A DNA stretch of 64,000 nt from an uncultured Acidobacteriota bacterium (GTDB lineage: Bacteria; Acidobacteriota; Terriglobia; UBA7540). The position numbers were made by a program, and so were the translations under genes. Numbering within the stretch: position 1 is the first letter of the stretch; each line of letters begins with the position of its first letter. This document shows positions 21,409 through 32,775 of the stretch, one piece after another. Below the pieces are notes generated by a model, which was not told the origin of the DNA, did no database searches, and saw only the letters and a program-made list of their open reading frames with translations. The DNA lies in the NCBI GenBank assembly GCA_963804995.1, contig CAWDSK010000003.1:32001-96000 (forward strand), written 5' to 3'.

Positions 21409-24400
21409 TTAATGGTCCCTCCGCGCCGCGGTCGCCATCTTTTCTGCGGCGAAGGAGGCGTGCAGTTTCTGCAAGCTAGCCACCTGGATTGCACCTTCCT
21501 GGCAGGCGCGAATTCCGCGGATTGCCGCCTCGGCGGCGGAGAGCGTGGTGATGCAGGTGACGCCGTGTTGAATCGCAGCGCGCCGGATGGCTCTGTCATC
21601 GCTGCGCGAGTTGCGTCCCAGGGGCGTGTTGATAATCAGGTCGAGTTCGGCGCTCTTGATACGGTCCACCACATTGGGGCGGCCCTCGTTCACTTTGTGA
21701 ACTTTCTCAACCTTCACCCCTGCGGCGCGCAGGGCGGCCGTGGTGCCGCGCGTCGCAACCAGCTTGAATCCCAGGCTCTCCAGGTCGCGGGCAATGGGGA
21801 TAATCCCCGGTTTGTCGTGGTCGTTCACCGAGAGGAAAACGCGCCCCTTAAGCGGAATTCGCTGCCGCGCGCCTAACTGCGCCTTGAAGAAGGCGAGGCC
21901 AAAGTTATCCGCCACGCCCATCACTTCGCCCGTGGATTTCATTTCTGGGCCTAGAATCGTGTCCACGCCGGGAAGTTTCTGGAACGGGAAGACGGGGGAT
22001 TTGACGAAATAGTGGCTGACCGGCAGTTCGTCCGCGAGGCCGAATTCAGCCAACTTGCGCCCGATCATCAGGCGCGACGCAATCTTGGCCAACGGGACCC
22101 CGGTCGCCTTGCTGACGTAGGGCACCGTGCGTGAGGCGCGCGGGTTCACTTCCAGCACATAGACCTTGCCATTCTGAATGGCGTATTGCACGTTCATCAG
22201 GCCCACCACCTGGAGCGCCCGCGCCAGTCGAACCGTGTACTCGCGCAGCAACCGAAGCTGATCTTCAGGAATGCTTACCGAAGGCAGCACGCAGGAACTA
22301 TCGCCGGAGTGAATTCCCGCCTCCTCGATGTGCTGCATGATGCCAGCCACCACCACGTCCTTACCATCGGCGAGCGCATCCACGTCAACCTCGGTGGCGT
22401 TCTCAAGGAAACGGTCCACCAAAATCGGGAAGGCGCGGTGCAAGTCTTCGGCGCGGCGCACGTAATCGCTGAGCGTGGCCTCATCGTAAGCAATCACCAT
22501 GGCCCGGCCGCCCAGCACATAAGAGGGCCGCACCAGCACCGGATAGCCAATGCGCGCCGCAATCTCAAGCGCTTCTTGCACGTTCATCGCGGCGCCATTC
22601 TCCGGTTGCGGAATCCCCAGATCGGCGAGCAGCTTTCCGAAATGCTTGCGATCCTCCGCCAAGTCAATCGATTCCGGAGTAGTGCCGATGATGGGCACAC
22701 CGGCCGCCTTGAGCGACCGCGCCAGGTTGAGCGGCGTCTGCCCGCCGAATTGCACGATGACGCCTGTGGGCTTTTCCTTTTCCACAATCGCCATCACGTC
22801 CTCGAAAGTCAACGGCTCGAAGTAGAGGCGATCGGAGGTGTCGTAGTCGGTCGAGACGGTCTCCGGGTTGCAATTCACCATGATGGTCTCGAAGCCTTCT
22901 TCCTTGAGCGCATAGGAGGCGTGGACGCAACAGTAATCAAACTCAATGCCCTGCCCGATGCGGTTCGGGCCGCTGCCCAGGATCATGATTTTCTTGCGGT
23001 CCGTGGGCTCCGCCTCATCCTCTTCCTCATAGGTCGAATAAAGATAGGGCGTGAAGGATTCAAATTCCGCCGCGCAGGTATCGACACGCTTGAAGACCGG
23101 TCGCACATGGAGCGCATGGCGCTGCTGCCGCACCTCCTCAGCGCTCGTTCCCCAAAGTTCGGCGAGCGAGAGGTCCGAGAATCCGTATTGCTTGGCAAGA
23201 TGCAGCACGCTAGCGGGAACCGTGCCGAGCGTAAAGCGCTTCAGTTCACCTTTGAGCTCGATGATCTGCTGCAACTGGTTGAGAAACCAGGGGTCGATGC
23301 GCGTGATCTCATACAGCACATCGGCGCTGTAACCAATCTCAAAGGCGTGCAAGACGTCCCAAATGCGGTCCGGGTGCGGATTCCCCAGCCGGCGCTCGAG
23401 TTCTGCCGGATCCGCCGGTGAGGTAGGCGTCTTGCGTCCGCTTTCGAGCGACCTCAGACCTTTCATCAAGGCTTCCTTGAAAGTGCGCCCGATGGCCATG
23501 ACCTCGCCCACCGACTTCATTTGCGGCCCCAGCGTATGGTCGGAGTCCGGAAACTTCTCCTGCGCCCACTTGGGGATTTTGGCCACCACGTAATCGATGG
23601 TGGGCTCGAAACAGGAGGGCGTCTTCTTGGTGATGTCGTTGGGAATTTCGTTGAGGCTATAGCCCACCGCCAGGCGCGCGGCGATTTTGGCGATGGGGAA
23701 GCCCGTGGCCTTGGAGGCCAACGCCGAGCTGCGGGAGACGCGCGGATTCATTTCAATGACCACCATGCGGCCCGTCTCCGGGCTGACGGCGAACTGAATA
23801 TTCGAGCCGCCCGTCTCCACCCCCACGGCGCGAATCACCTTGAAGGCCGCATCGCGCATCAACTGGTATTCCTTGTCGGTCAGCGTTTGCGCGGGCGCCA
23901 CGGTGATGGAGTCGCCCGTGTGTACGCCCATGGGATCGAAGTTTTCAATCGAGCAGACCACCACGGCGTTGTCCATGTGATCGCGCATGACTTCCAACTC
24001 AAATTCTTTCCAGCCGACCACGGACTCTTCAATCAACACCTCGTGCACGGGGCTCAATTCAACCCCGTTGCGAACCTTCTCCTCCAGTTCTTCGATGTTG
24101 TAGGCCATGCCCGCGCCGGTGCCGCCCAGAGTGAACGAGGGCCGGATAATCAGCGGGAATCCCACCTGTTCTGAGAATCGCTGCGCGGCCTCCACCGCCT
24201 CGCGGATGGCCAAACGGTTGTTGCCGCGGCGCTGCGCCGTAACCAGGACGCTCTTGGGCACTTCCAGGCCCACTTGCAGCATGGCGTCTTTGAACCAGAG
24301 CCGGTCCTCAGCCATTTTGATGGCATTGAGGGATGCGCCGATCAGCTTGACGTTGTGCTTATCGAGGATTCCTTTTTCTGCGAGTTCGACGGATAGGTTT

Positions 24401-24687
24401 AGCGCCGTCTGTCCGCCCACGGTGGGCAGTAGGGCGTCAGGCTTCTCGAGCGCGATGATCGCTTCCAGGTAATCGACCGTGAGCGGCTCAACATAAGTGG
24501 AGTCGGCGAATTCCGGGTCCGTCATGATCGTGGCGGGGTTGGAATTCACCAGCACCACTTCGTAGCCCTCGGCCTTCAGCGCCTTGCAGGCCTGCGTGCC
24601 GGAATAATCAAACTCGCACGCTTGGCCAATGATGATAGGCCCGGAACCGATGATCAGGATTTTGTGAAGGTCAGTGCGTTTGGGCAT
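21409..24687 (-). CDS. carB: Carbamoyl-phosphate synthase large subunit
   Basis: MPKRTD...[17 protein letters not shown]; duplicated ATP-grasp halves; MGS domain. Confidence 0.98.
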   Translation of the reverse strand: MPKRTDLHKILIIGSGPIIIGQACEFDYSGTQACKALKAEGYEVVLVNSNPATIMTDPEFADSTYVEPLTVDYLEAIIALEKPDALLPTVGGQTALNLSVELAEKGILDKHNVKLIGASLNAIKMAEDRLWFKDAMLQVGLEVPKSVLVTAQRRGNNRLAIREAVEAAQRFSEQVGFPLIIRPSFTLGGTGAGMAYNIEELEEKVRNGVELSPVHEVLIEESVVGWKEFELEVMRDHMDNAVVVCSIENFDPMGVHTGDSITVAPAQTLTDKEYQLMRDAAFKVIRAVGVETGGSNIQFAVSPETGRMVVIEMNPRVSRSSALASKATGFPIAKIAARLAVGYSLNEIPNDITKKTPSCFEPTIDYVVAKIPKWAQEKFPDSDHTLGPQMKSVGEVMAIGRTFKEALMKGLRSLESGRKTPTSPADPAELERRLGNPHPDRIWDVLHAFEIGYSADVLYEITRIDPWFLNQLQQIIELKGELKRFTLGTVPASVLHLAKQYGFSDLSLAELWGTSAEEVRQQRHALHVRPVFKRVDTCAAEFESFTPYLYSTYEEEDEAEPTDRKKIMILGSGPNRIGQGIEFDYCCVHASYALKEEGFETIMVNCNPETVSTDYDTSDRLYFEPLTFEDVMAIVEKEKPTGVIVQFGGQTPLNLARSLKAAGVPIIGTTPESIDLAEDRKHFGKLLADLGIPQPENGAAMNVQEALEIAARIGYPVLVRPSYVLGGRAMVIAYDEATLSDYVRRAEDLHRAFPILVDRFLENATEVDVDALADGKDVVVAGIMQHIEEAGIHSGDSSCVLPSVSIPEDQLRLLREYTVRLARALQVVGLMNVQYAIQNGKVYVLEVNPRASRTVPYVSKATGVPLAKIASRLMIGRKLAEFGLADELPVSHYFVKSPVFPFQKLPGVDTILGPEMKSTGEVMGVADNFGLAFFKAQLGARQRIPLKGRVFLSVNDHDKPGIIPIARDLESLGFKLVATRGTTAALRAAGVKVEKVHKVNEGRPNVVDRIKSAELDLIINTPLGRNSRSDDRAIRRAAIQHGVTCITTLSAAEAAIRGIRACQEGAIQVASLQKLHASFAAEKMATAARRDH

Positions 24688-24785
24688 GGAGACAATTCTG
24701 AATTATGAATTCTGAATTCTGAAAGAGAAAATGAGCCGCGGGCCGAATGGTTTTTGAATTCCTGGAATTCACAGACGCTCACGTG

Positions 24786-24922
24786 ACCCCTCACTCGTCC
24801 CGCCCCGGCTGATGAAGACGCCGGCAGCGGTCCACCCTCTCCCCTTGGAGAGGGCTAGGCATCCTATATCCCCACCTTCTCCCTGGGGAGAAGGTGGCCG
24901 ACGTAGGAGGCCGGATGAGGGT
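24786..24922. repeat. CCCCTCACCC/CCCTCTCCCC-type palindromic repeat
   Basis: Reverse complement of the sequence at 41921-41989 and of the interiors of the 42571 and 49038 elements. Confidence 0.75.
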
Positions 24923-24966
24923 TACTTACACTCGCGAGGCGTCGGATCAATTTACAACCCATGAGT

Positions 24967-25191
24967 TCAAGAAGCATAAGGCCCGTCCTTCCGCCCCTGA
25001 ACCTCTCCGGGTTCGTCATGTGATTCGCCGCAAACGCACTTCGGCGGCGCCTGTTCATGATCCGAGCCCAAGGACAGCAGCCAAGTCTTCATTACTTCAT
25101 GCGGAATATAGTGCCCCGCTTCGATTTCTGCGATCCCACGGCGGATCGATTCGAGTTGCTTAAGCTGTCCCGATGTATCCATATCCATCAT
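24967..25191 (-). pseudogene. Probable remnant of a CopG/RHH-type antitoxin (C-terminal part) between carA and carB
   Basis: QLESIRRGIAEIEAGHYIPHEVMKTWLLSLGSDHEQAPP resembles antitoxin C-termini; no N-terminal RHH and no toxin. Confidence 0.5.
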
Positions 25192-25236
25192 TTGCGCAAA
25201 CGTGGCATTCGCTAAACAACCTTTACCCTTTAGCCT

Positions 25237-26361
25237 TTACCCTTTGAAATCCGCCATCATGGTAACAAACCGGTCGAACAGATACGCGGAGTCGTGGGGA
25301 CCGGGCGAAGCCTCGGGGTGATACTGCACACTGAACAGCGGCATCGTTCTGTGCCGCAGTCCTTCGAGCGTATCGTCGTTCAGGTTCTTATGGGTCAGAA
25401 TCACCTCACTCGCTTTTAGTGAATCCGGATCCACCGCGAAGCCATGGTTTTGTGCCGTGATCTCCACCTTTTGGGTTTCCAGATTCAGGATGGGATGATT
25501 GCCGCCGTGGTGGCCGAATCTCAGCTTGTACGTCTTCCCTCCCAAGGCGAGGCCGATAATCTGGTGGCCCAGGCAAATGCCGAAGATGGGCACGCGGCCC
25601 ATCATGTCGCGCACCGCCTGCGCGGCGTAATCGACGGGCTCCGGATCGCCCGGACCGTTGGAAAGGAACACCCCGTCCGGTTTGAGCTCCATAACCTCCG
25701 CCGCGGTGGTCGTGGCGGGCACCACGGTGACGTTACAACCCACATCCACCAGCCTACGCAGGATGTTTTGCTTGATACCGAAATCATAGGCGACCACGTG
25801 GAAGCGGTTTGGCGCCGGCTGATGGTTCTCATCCGCGATGATGGGGTGGGAAGGCTCACCCCACTGATAGCGCGAGATCGTGGTAACGCGCCTCGCGAGG
25901 TCGAGGCCCACCATGCTGGGCGAGGCTTGGGCTTGGGCGACCAAGCTCTTCTCGTCCCCGCTGGTTGTGGAAAGGACGCCGCGCATAGCGCCATGCGTGC
26001 GCAGGTGGCGAACCAGGGCACGCGTATCGATATTCGAGATGACTGGAATCCCGTACCCGGCAAGGTAGTCGGAAATTTCTTCTTCCGAGCGCCAATTACT
26101 GGCCAGTTCCGCGAGTTCGCGCACCACCAAACCTTCTGCGTAAGGCCGGGCTGCCTCGCAATCCAGGCTATTGGTTCCGTAGTTTCCGATGTGAGGGTAA
26201 GTGAGGATGACGATCTGGCCGGCGTAGGAAGGGTCCGTAAGAATTTCCTGGTAGCCGGAAAGAGAAGTATTAAAAACGACCTCGCCCGAACGCTCGCTGG
26301 AGGCGCCGAAGCCACGCCCCCGAAAGATTCTTCCGTCTTCTAAGGCGAGAATCGCGTCCAT
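25237..26361 (-). CDS. carA: Carbamoyl-phosphate synthase small subunit
   Basis: [41 protein letters not shown]. Confidence 0.98.
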   Translation of the reverse strand: MDAILALEDGRIFRGRGFGASSERSGEVVFNTSLSGYQEILTDPSYAGQIVILTYPHIGNYGTNSLDCEAARPYAEGLVVRELAELASNWRSEEEISDYLAGYGIPVISNIDTRALVRHLRTHGAMRGVLSTTSGDEKSLVAQAQASPSMVGLDLARRVTTISRYQWGEPSHPIIADENHQPAPNRFHVVAYDFGIKQNILRRLVDVGCNVTVVPATTTAAEVMELKPDGVFLSNGPGDPEPVDYAAQAVRDMMGRVPIFGICLGHQIIGLALGGKTYKLRFGHHGGNHPILNLETQKVEITAQNHGFAVDPDSLKASEVILTHKNLNDDTLEGLRHRTMPLFSVQYHPEASPGPHDSAYLFDRFVTMMADFKG

Positions 26362-26508
26362 TCACTCTCCAAGATCCTGAATTTGGCGTGGTCAAACATC
26401 AAGAAACCATCCGTCATGCGGTCCCGCCTGTGCCCAATCAGATCTTAGATTCTGGTTGGATAACCACGCCTGCCCGCTCTTTTTCAATCCAAAAGCGAAA
26501 ATCCAAAA

Positions 26509-27066
26509 TTACCTCACCCACCCCATTTGGCTAAAAGGCCAGTATACAAAAACTGCTTTGCCATAAATGAATTTACGCTCGACAGTGCCCCACACGCGGC
26601 TGTCGTTCGAGGAGTCACGGTGGTCACCCAGCACGAAGTAATGATCGGGCTCGACCCGCACCGGAGGGTAGCTCTGGCGGTCGAGATAACCCGGCGGGAT
26701 ATAGGGTTCGGCCAGACGCTTGCCATCCACCAGCACACGGCCGTCCTCAATCGTTACGGTCTCCCCCGGCAACCCGATCACGCGCTTGATGTAGGACTTC
26801 GAGGTGTCAAGCGGATACCAGAATACCACCACATCACCGCGCTCGATGGGTTCAAACCGGTAAACAAACTTGTTGATGAAGATCCGCTCGTGGTTCTCGA
26901 GCCGGGGCATCATGCTGGTGCCCTCGACCTGCACAGGCTGGTAAAGAAAAACGATAACGATGAAGGCCAATAGAACCGAAAGGATCAGGTCGCGCAGCCA
27001 ATAGCGCGTCTCGAAGAACCACTTATGTGCAGTACTTGCCCCTTTACTTTCGTCAGCCGCTGCCAA
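26509..27066 (-). CDS. lepB: Signal peptidase I
   Basis: GTSMMP, YIKRVIGLPGE, GDHR..SNDSR. Confidence 0.95.
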   Translation of the reverse strand: MAAADESKGASTAHKWFFETRYWLRDLILSVLLAFIVIVFLYQPVQVEGTSMMPRLENHERIFINKFVYRFEPIERGDVVVFWYPLDTSKSYIKRVIGLPGETVTIEDGRVLVDGKRLAEPYIPPGYLDRQSYPPVRVEPDHYFVLGDHRDSSNDSRVWGTVERKFIYGKAVFVYWPFSQMGWVR

Positions 27067-27298
27067 TTTGTTTTGCTCCCGGCCCCGCTGAAGCTCTCAG
27101 AATAATTTTATACCACAGATACCCACGGCGCACCAGACGGGAGGCAGGTGGTGTCGCAGTTCGAGGTGCCACGGGCGTCCCGCCCGTGGCACATCGGCCC
27201 CACCTTTTCCGCTGTCCTTTCCCAAGCAGGCGTGTATAGAATGGCCGCAGATCGTATTAAATAGGGAGATCCCATCCCCAGTTTGCCGGGAGACTATC

Positions 27299-27975
27299 AT
27301 GCGACTTGGCCGGGCCGCACCTGCCAACATCCTACTCTTGTATATTATCGGCTTGGGCTGGGCAGGGTTATCTGCGCCGCTGCTCAAGGCTCAGGACGCC
27401 ACTCGGATGGCGCCGGCTCCCACCGCGGTCGGCGCGCCGCTTCCCTACTGGGCAAATAACGGGCACTGGAACTTCGGCGCCCAGGTGGGATATTCGATGG
27501 AGTACGGTCTCAACCAACACGAGGTCTCCCACATCCAGATGCTCATTGCGCAGCCGCAGGTGGGCCTCATTGTGCGCGATTTCCGCAACCCCCTCGTACA
27601 GCGCTTTGAGATTATCACGGAGGGAATCCTGGGTGGGGCCGTCCATCCCAGTGCCAGCCTGCTGGGAGTCGCGGAGCTCTTTCGCTTCGATGGCAAGGGC
27701 CGCGGCCGCTGGGTTCCCTTCCTCGACGCGGGCGCGGGGGTGCAGCGAACTTCCTTGAGCGATCATGTGCCGGAGGTCAACGGGCACACCCAGTTCTCAC
27801 CGCAAGGCGGATTCGGGGTGCAATACTTTATCCGGCCGCAGCGCGCCTGGTCTTCGAGTTCCGCACCCTGCATATGTCGAACGCCAATCTTGTTCCTCCC
27901 AATATGGGATTCAATAGTGGCATGATTACCATAGGCTTCCGCTGGCTGCGCCGCCCGGTCGAAGCCGCCCGATAG
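27299..27975 (+). CDS. Acyloxyacyl hydrolase / PagL-like outer-membrane beta-barrel; frameshift near 27850
   Basis: Signal peptide, PFLDAGAG, FSPQGGFG. Adding one base gives FEFRTLHMSNANLVPPNMGFN, with stop at 27975. Confidence 0.75.
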
Positions 27976-27983
27976 CACGCTGA

Positions 27984-29111
27984 TTATCCAAAAATGTCTT
28001 TGACTTTTTCCGCGGCGCGACGTTCGAGGGGGGTATTGTTGACGCGCACGAAGGGGGAAAGTATTTCCAGCCAGCGCCGGTGCTCGCGGGAGAGGCGGGT
28101 AGGGGTGACGACAAAGACCGCCACATAGAGGTCACCGTGGCCGCGTCCCTCCAGGGTGGGCATGCCCAGTCCGCGCAGCCGAAAGACCGAGCCGCTCTGG
28201 GTTCCCTCGGGAATGCGCAGACGTTCCTCGCCGCGCAGGGTTGGCACCTGGATCTCTGCGCCCAGCGCGGCCTGCGAGACAGAAATCGGGATGGTGTAGT
28301 AGAGGTCGTTGCCGCGGCGCTCAAAGAAAGCGTGCTCGCGAACCTTGAGGATTACGTAAAGGTCGCCCGGGGCGCTGCCGCGGGTGGCCACGCCGCCTTC
28401 CCCGGCCACCCGCAAGCGCGTGCCATCGTCAACGCCGGCGGGGATTTTCAGGCCCAGAACGCGTTCGTTATTTACGCGGCCTTCGCCTTTGCAACTGCTG
28501 CAATGGTCGCGAATCACTTGCCCCATGCCCTGGCATTGCGGGCAGGTTCGGGTGACGGTGAAGAAGCCCTGCTGGTGACGGAGTTGGCCGCGGCCGCCAC
28601 AGGTGGGGCAATGGATGGCCTTGCTTCCCCGGCGGGCGCCTGACCCGTCGCAATCCGGGCAAGGCTCCCAGCGCGGAAGCTTGATTTTTGTCTCCAGGCC
28701 CGCCGCCGCTTCCTCCAGGCTGATTTCCATGTCGTAGCGCAGGTCGATGCCGCCCGTTCAGCGGGCGCGCTGGCGGCCCGTGCGGCCAAAGACGTTGCCG
28801 AAACCGAACAGGTCTCCAAAAATATCTTCGAAGTCGGAGAAGATTGAGGAACTAAAGTCCGGCGCCCCACCCCCGGCGCCACTGACGGCGGAATGGCCGA
28901 AACGGTCGTAAGCCGCGCGCTTCTGTACGTCAGCCAGCACGCTATAGGCCTCGGTGATTTCCTTAAACTTCTCCTCAGCCTCTTCTTTGCTGTTGGGATT
29001 GCGGTCAGGGTGATGCTGCATGGCGAGGCGGCGATAGGCGCTCTTGATCTGCTGATCAGAGGCTTCGCGTTCGATTCCCAAGACCTCGTAGTAGTCACGC
29101 TTATGGTTCAA
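27984..29111 (-). CDS. dnaJ: Chaperone DnaJ; in-frame TGA at 28758-60, probably a sequencing error
   Basis: DYYEVLG and HPD J-domain, G/F region, CxxCxGxG repeats, C-terminal domain; both ORF halves are in the same frame. Confidence 0.93.
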
Positions 29112-29170
29112 TCGTCGACCTCGTACGTTGGCGCCCTGCTTCACCCGGCAGGCCTGCAACAGCGGTCCCG

Positions 29171-29741
29171 CTATTTATCGTGCCCGGAGTCACCCTTGGC
29201 CCCGGCCCCCACGGCTACTTTAACAATCGCAGGCCGCAGTAACCGGTGCCGCAGCTTATAGCCGCGCTGCAACTCACCCACAATCTCATGTTCACGACGC
29301 CCGGGGTCCTCGACGGTCTCCACCGCTTGGTGCAGGTGCGGATCGAAGAGCTTTCCCGAGGTCTCAATTGGCGCCAACCCCGCACGGCCCAGCACCTCAC
29401 GCATTTCACGGTAAATCAACTCCATTCCCTGGTAGTAGGCCTCCGGGATGCCAGGGTCGCGTTGCCGGAGAGCCCGCTCAAAACCATCCAGCGTGGGCAG
29501 CAGCGAGCGGATCAAATCCTCCGTTGCGCGCTGGCGGAATTCCTCCATCTCCTTCTGGGTCCGCTTGCGGTAATTGTTCGAGCTCCGCCTGCTTGCGCAG
29601 GAGACGATCGTAGAGATCCTTCTTCTCCGCCAGCAACTTTTCATATTCCTCGGCGGAAACCGGCGGCGTTGCGGAGGCGGCGGCCGCGGAGGGGTTATCG
29701 GCCTCAGGGGCGGTAGGGTTATTTTCGACTTCGTTATTCAT
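29171..29741 (-). CDS. grpE: Nucleotide exchange factor GrpE; frameshift near 29577
   Basis: LLRKQAEL(D)[39 protein letters not shown]. Confidence 0.93.
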
Positions 29742-29818
29742 AGGTTAGATTTTTTGCGGGTAGGCACCGTGGCAGACTCTTCACACCAGGTCCGCCCACG
29801 CCCCGCGTTCACCCTCTT

Positions 29819-30874
29819 TCAATTGGAACTGAGAAGCCGGCTACACAGATGGGCCACGTAATCGACCGTGCTGATGGCACGATCGTATTCCATGCGCGTG
29901 GGCCCCACAACACCCAGCGCCCCCACCGCGCGGTTGCGATAGTGTAGCGGCGCGACCACCAGCGTGCAATGCTGCATCTGGGTTTCGGAGTTCTCGCGTC
30001 CGATCAAGATACGCACACCCGATTCCGGGGTTTGCAGGCAGGCGGCCAGAATCCGCGCCAGATTGGTTTTTTCCTCCAGGGTCTTCACTAGCTGCTTGAT
30101 CCTCTGCACATCCTCAAATTCCCGGCGCTCCAGGATCTTGGCCGTACCGTCCACGAATAGCTGTCCGGCCTCTTCTTCGGAAAGGGCGCCCCACATGAAG
30201 AGCGTGGCAACATTTTTGAGCAGGCGGTCGCAGAGCATTTTGTCGGCCTCAATACGGTTGAAAACTTCGAGGCGAATGGTGCCGAGGGACCATCCACGGA
30301 ACTCCGCATTGAGGAAATTCGCGGCCTGGTCAAGCTCCTCCTGGGTGAACTCGTCCTCTAGGCGCACCACGCGGTTCTCAACGATATCGGGTTTTGAGAC
30401 AATCACCACCAGCACGCGGCGGTCGGGGAGGTTGACGAACTTGATGTGCTCAAGCAGCTTCTCTTCCAGTGCCGGCGCCAGGACGAGCCCGACGTTGCTG
30501 GAAATCTCAGAAAGGGTCCGGGAGGCGGTCACCATCAGCCGCTCCAGCCGGTCCGCGTCGGGTGTGAGGGCCTGGTCGATGTACCTTTCAGTGTCCGGGG
30601 CCAGGCGCGCGCCCGCCACCACGCGGTCGACATAAAAACGATAGGCTCTTTCCGTGGGAATACGCCCGGCGGAAACGTGCGGCTGCTCGAGAAAACCGCT
30701 CTCTTCCAACATCGCCAGAACATTGCGGATGGTCGCCGAACTGAGGGGCTCCGGCAACGTCGCCGCCAGAGCCTTGGAGCCTACAGGCAGACCACTCCCG
30801 ATAAACTGGCGAATCAAGGCCACCAGGATTTCGCGGTCCCGCTTGGGGAGATCATTCTGGCTCGGCATTTCCAT
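29819..30874 (-). CDS. hrcA: Heat-inducible transcription repressor
   Basis: PVGSK, SSATIRN, QPHVSAGRIPT, GVVGPTRMEY. Confidence 0.95.
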   Translation of the reverse strand: MEMPSQNDLPKRDREILVALIRQFIGSGLPVGSKALAATLPEPLSSATIRNVLAMLEESGFLEQPHVSAGRIPTERAYRFYVDRVVAGARLAPDTERYIDQALTPDADRLERLMVTASRTLSEISSNVGLVLAPALEEKLLEHIKFVNLPDRRVLVVIVSKPDIVENRVVRLEDEFTQEELDQAANFLNAEFRGWSLGTIRLEVFNRIEADKMLCDRLLKNVATLFMWGALSEEEAGQLFVDGTAKILERREFEDVQRIKQLVKTLEEKTNLARILAACLQTPESGVRILIGRENSETQMQHCTLVVAPLHYRNRAVGALGVVGPTRMEYDRAISTVDYVAHLCSRLLSSN

Positions 30875-30922
30875 CCTAACCGACAAGAGTGCAGAGAGCG
30901 TGAGGTTACAACACCTCAACCT

Positions 30923-30951
30923 ATTCTAACGAGGCATGTAGAGGGTGTCAA
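30923..30951 (-). promoter_or_regulatory. Sigma70-type promoter of hrcA-grpE-dnaJ
   Basis: Minus strand TTGACA-N17-TAGAAT, about 50 bp upstream of hrcA. Confidence 0.75.
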
Positions 30952-31202
30952 GATTGGACAGGGATAGGTAGTGGTCATTTTGTGTCGCGAGCGGCGATTT
31001 TACCTCAATATATTCAGTGCGAATTTTGGCTTTTTCCTGATGGGGAGGGCGGAAATTTGCTTTACAACCCTAACTAAAGGGCTCAAGCCCGTAAAAGGGC
31101 ACACACCCCAGGTAATGCCGGGAAACGCCAAAATGTCAGGTTTGGCCGCGCTAATAAGTTTGTTTTGTTTCGCATAGAAAGAACCCTCATGGCAGGAATT
31201 CC

Positions 31203-31230
31203 TTGACAACCAATTTACTTTCTGTAACAT
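31203..31230 (+). promoter_or_regulatory. Possible sigma70 promoter of the receptor remnant
   Basis: TTGACA-N16-TAACAT. Confidence 0.45.
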
Positions 31231-31388
31231 CCACATTCTGATGGATGAATATTGCGGGCGGAGGGTAGCGCGGAGCTCATGAAGCGCGTGGGACGTCCTT
31301 GCCGGGGATGATGGACAATTTGGCGTGTAAGTGGTCTCTCAGCAATTTCTGATGTCCCCCTTACCCTTTCTGGCCTTTTGTTGTTCAT

Positions 31389-32424
31389 GCGTCGGCGGAT
31401 AGCAGACCGCAAGGTCTACGGGTCAATCAACCATCAAATAGGAGGCAGGAAACCGGCTTCAAGGAATTCCGTGCCAACGGGTTCATGGTGAATGGCGGCA
31501 ACGTCCAGGAAGATGTTCAGATGGGCACGGCGATCATCGGTAGTGGTGTCATTTGGAAGTGCCACGGCCAAGACCCCGATGGATCGGGGCAGGTCGGCCG
31601 TGCCACACCAAATGACACCACTACCCGATCATCCCCAACCTTGACTCCATTGCGGAATTCCGCATCCTGACCAACAATGCGGATGCCGAATACGGGAATT
31701 TCGCGGGAGGGCTGGTGAACGCCATCACCAAATCGGGCACCAACCAATTCCACGGCGATGTCTTCGAGTTCCTGCGGAATTCGGACCTGGATGCTCGAAA
31801 CTTCTTCTCCCCCTCGCGCCGCAATACCAAGGTGTCCCCAGCACCGGTTTCAACAGCTTCAACATTGGGATTCCTGGATATTTTGCCACGCAAACCAACA
31901 ACACCTATCAGGGGTTAGACAATTTCTCCCTGGTGAGGGGAACACACACCCTGAAATTCGGCGGCCAAATACACTATGACCTGGTGACCTACCACCAGGA
32001 CGGCGCCAATGACGGAACCTTCGGCTTCAACGGGCAGGAGACTGGCAGTGATTTCGCCGACTTCTTGCTGGGAGCGCCGGAGGTGACCTGATTAATCCCA
32101 TTAACCCCCGAATCAGCAAGTCTCTATCGGCCTTCGATGTCACCCACAACTTTGTGATGAGTTACAGCTATCGTGTGCCCTTTGACAAAATGTGGCGCGC
32201 AAACCGCTTGACCGATGGCTGGATCTTCACGGGAATAACGCGCTTTACCACGGGCTTGCCTATACTGCTCCAAGAAACTGGAGTTCCGCGCGGAGCTATT
32301 CAACGCCTTCAACCACGCCCAGTTCGGGCTACCGTCGGGGAACATTCTCAGCTCGAATTTCGGCTTCGTGACCAGCGCCAATGCCCCGCGCATCGGGCAA
32401 TTTGCGGTTAAGTTCTACTTCTAG
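31389..32424 (+). pseudogene. Heavily deleted paralogue of the downstream TonB-dependent receptor
   Basis: Collinear blocks match the 34571-38998 gene: leader/RBS; ETGFKEFR; ANGFM...NAITKSGTNQFHG...RNFF; NNTYQ...DFADFLLGAP; NP...SK...GW...TGLPIL; LEFRAE.FN.FNHAQF...KFYF*. Confidence 0.9.
31539..31625. mobile_element. 87-bp MITE with perfect 18-bp TIRs and 8-bp target duplication
   Basis: GGTAGTGGTGTCATTTGG / CCAAATGACACCACTACC. CGATCATC duplicated at 31531-38 and 31626-33. Removal restores codons G-T-A-I-I-P-N-L. Confidence 0.9.
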
Positions 32425-32686
32425 CCATAACGTCACGTTGTACGACCCGAGGCCTGGATGAGGATTTCTTTGAAGTACCTCATTGGGCCTCGGGCAATCT
32501 CCGCAACCGAAGTGTTGACAAGCCCTTGGTACCCCTTGATAGCTCAACGAAGCCATCAGCAGGTCTAGCGCCGGAGGGGGGGAATTCATGTCCCTTGCCG
32601 GAATTCCCGTCACCAATCTCGGAGGGCGCCCCGGTATCAGGATTATTCCCCCTGCGGCCAATATCCTGCGCTAAGCAAATTATTTC

Positions 32687-32715
32687 TTGACACTCCTCGA
32701 TTCCCCCGTTAAATT
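32687..32715 (+). promoter_or_regulatory. Sigma70-type promoter, probably of the TonB-dependent receptor, now separated from it by IS1182
   Basis: TTGACA-N17-TAAATT, 60 bp upstream of the IS insertion. Confidence 0.65.
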
Positions 32716-32775
32716 CATTCCCGGCAACACTGGACTTGCCGGTAGAAGGTTTGTGGGAACAAGTTCAAGCACTAG

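Noticed and set aside
27984..29741. dnaJ and grpE as pseudogenes, or as recoding (in-frame TGA in dnaJ)
   Set aside because: Both are otherwise fully conserved, and the lesions fit the TCGA-associated error pattern. The dnaJ TGA can be explained by compensating 2-bp indels (A-E-R-G).
30875..30960. CIRCE element upstream of hrcA
   Set aside because: Only a half-site (GCACTC) is visible; there is no TTAGCACTC-N9-GAGTGCTAA.
31389..32424. Diversity-generating retroelement template repeat
   Set aside because: Differences from the receptor gene are not adenine-specific, the homology is multi-block, and no RT is nearby.
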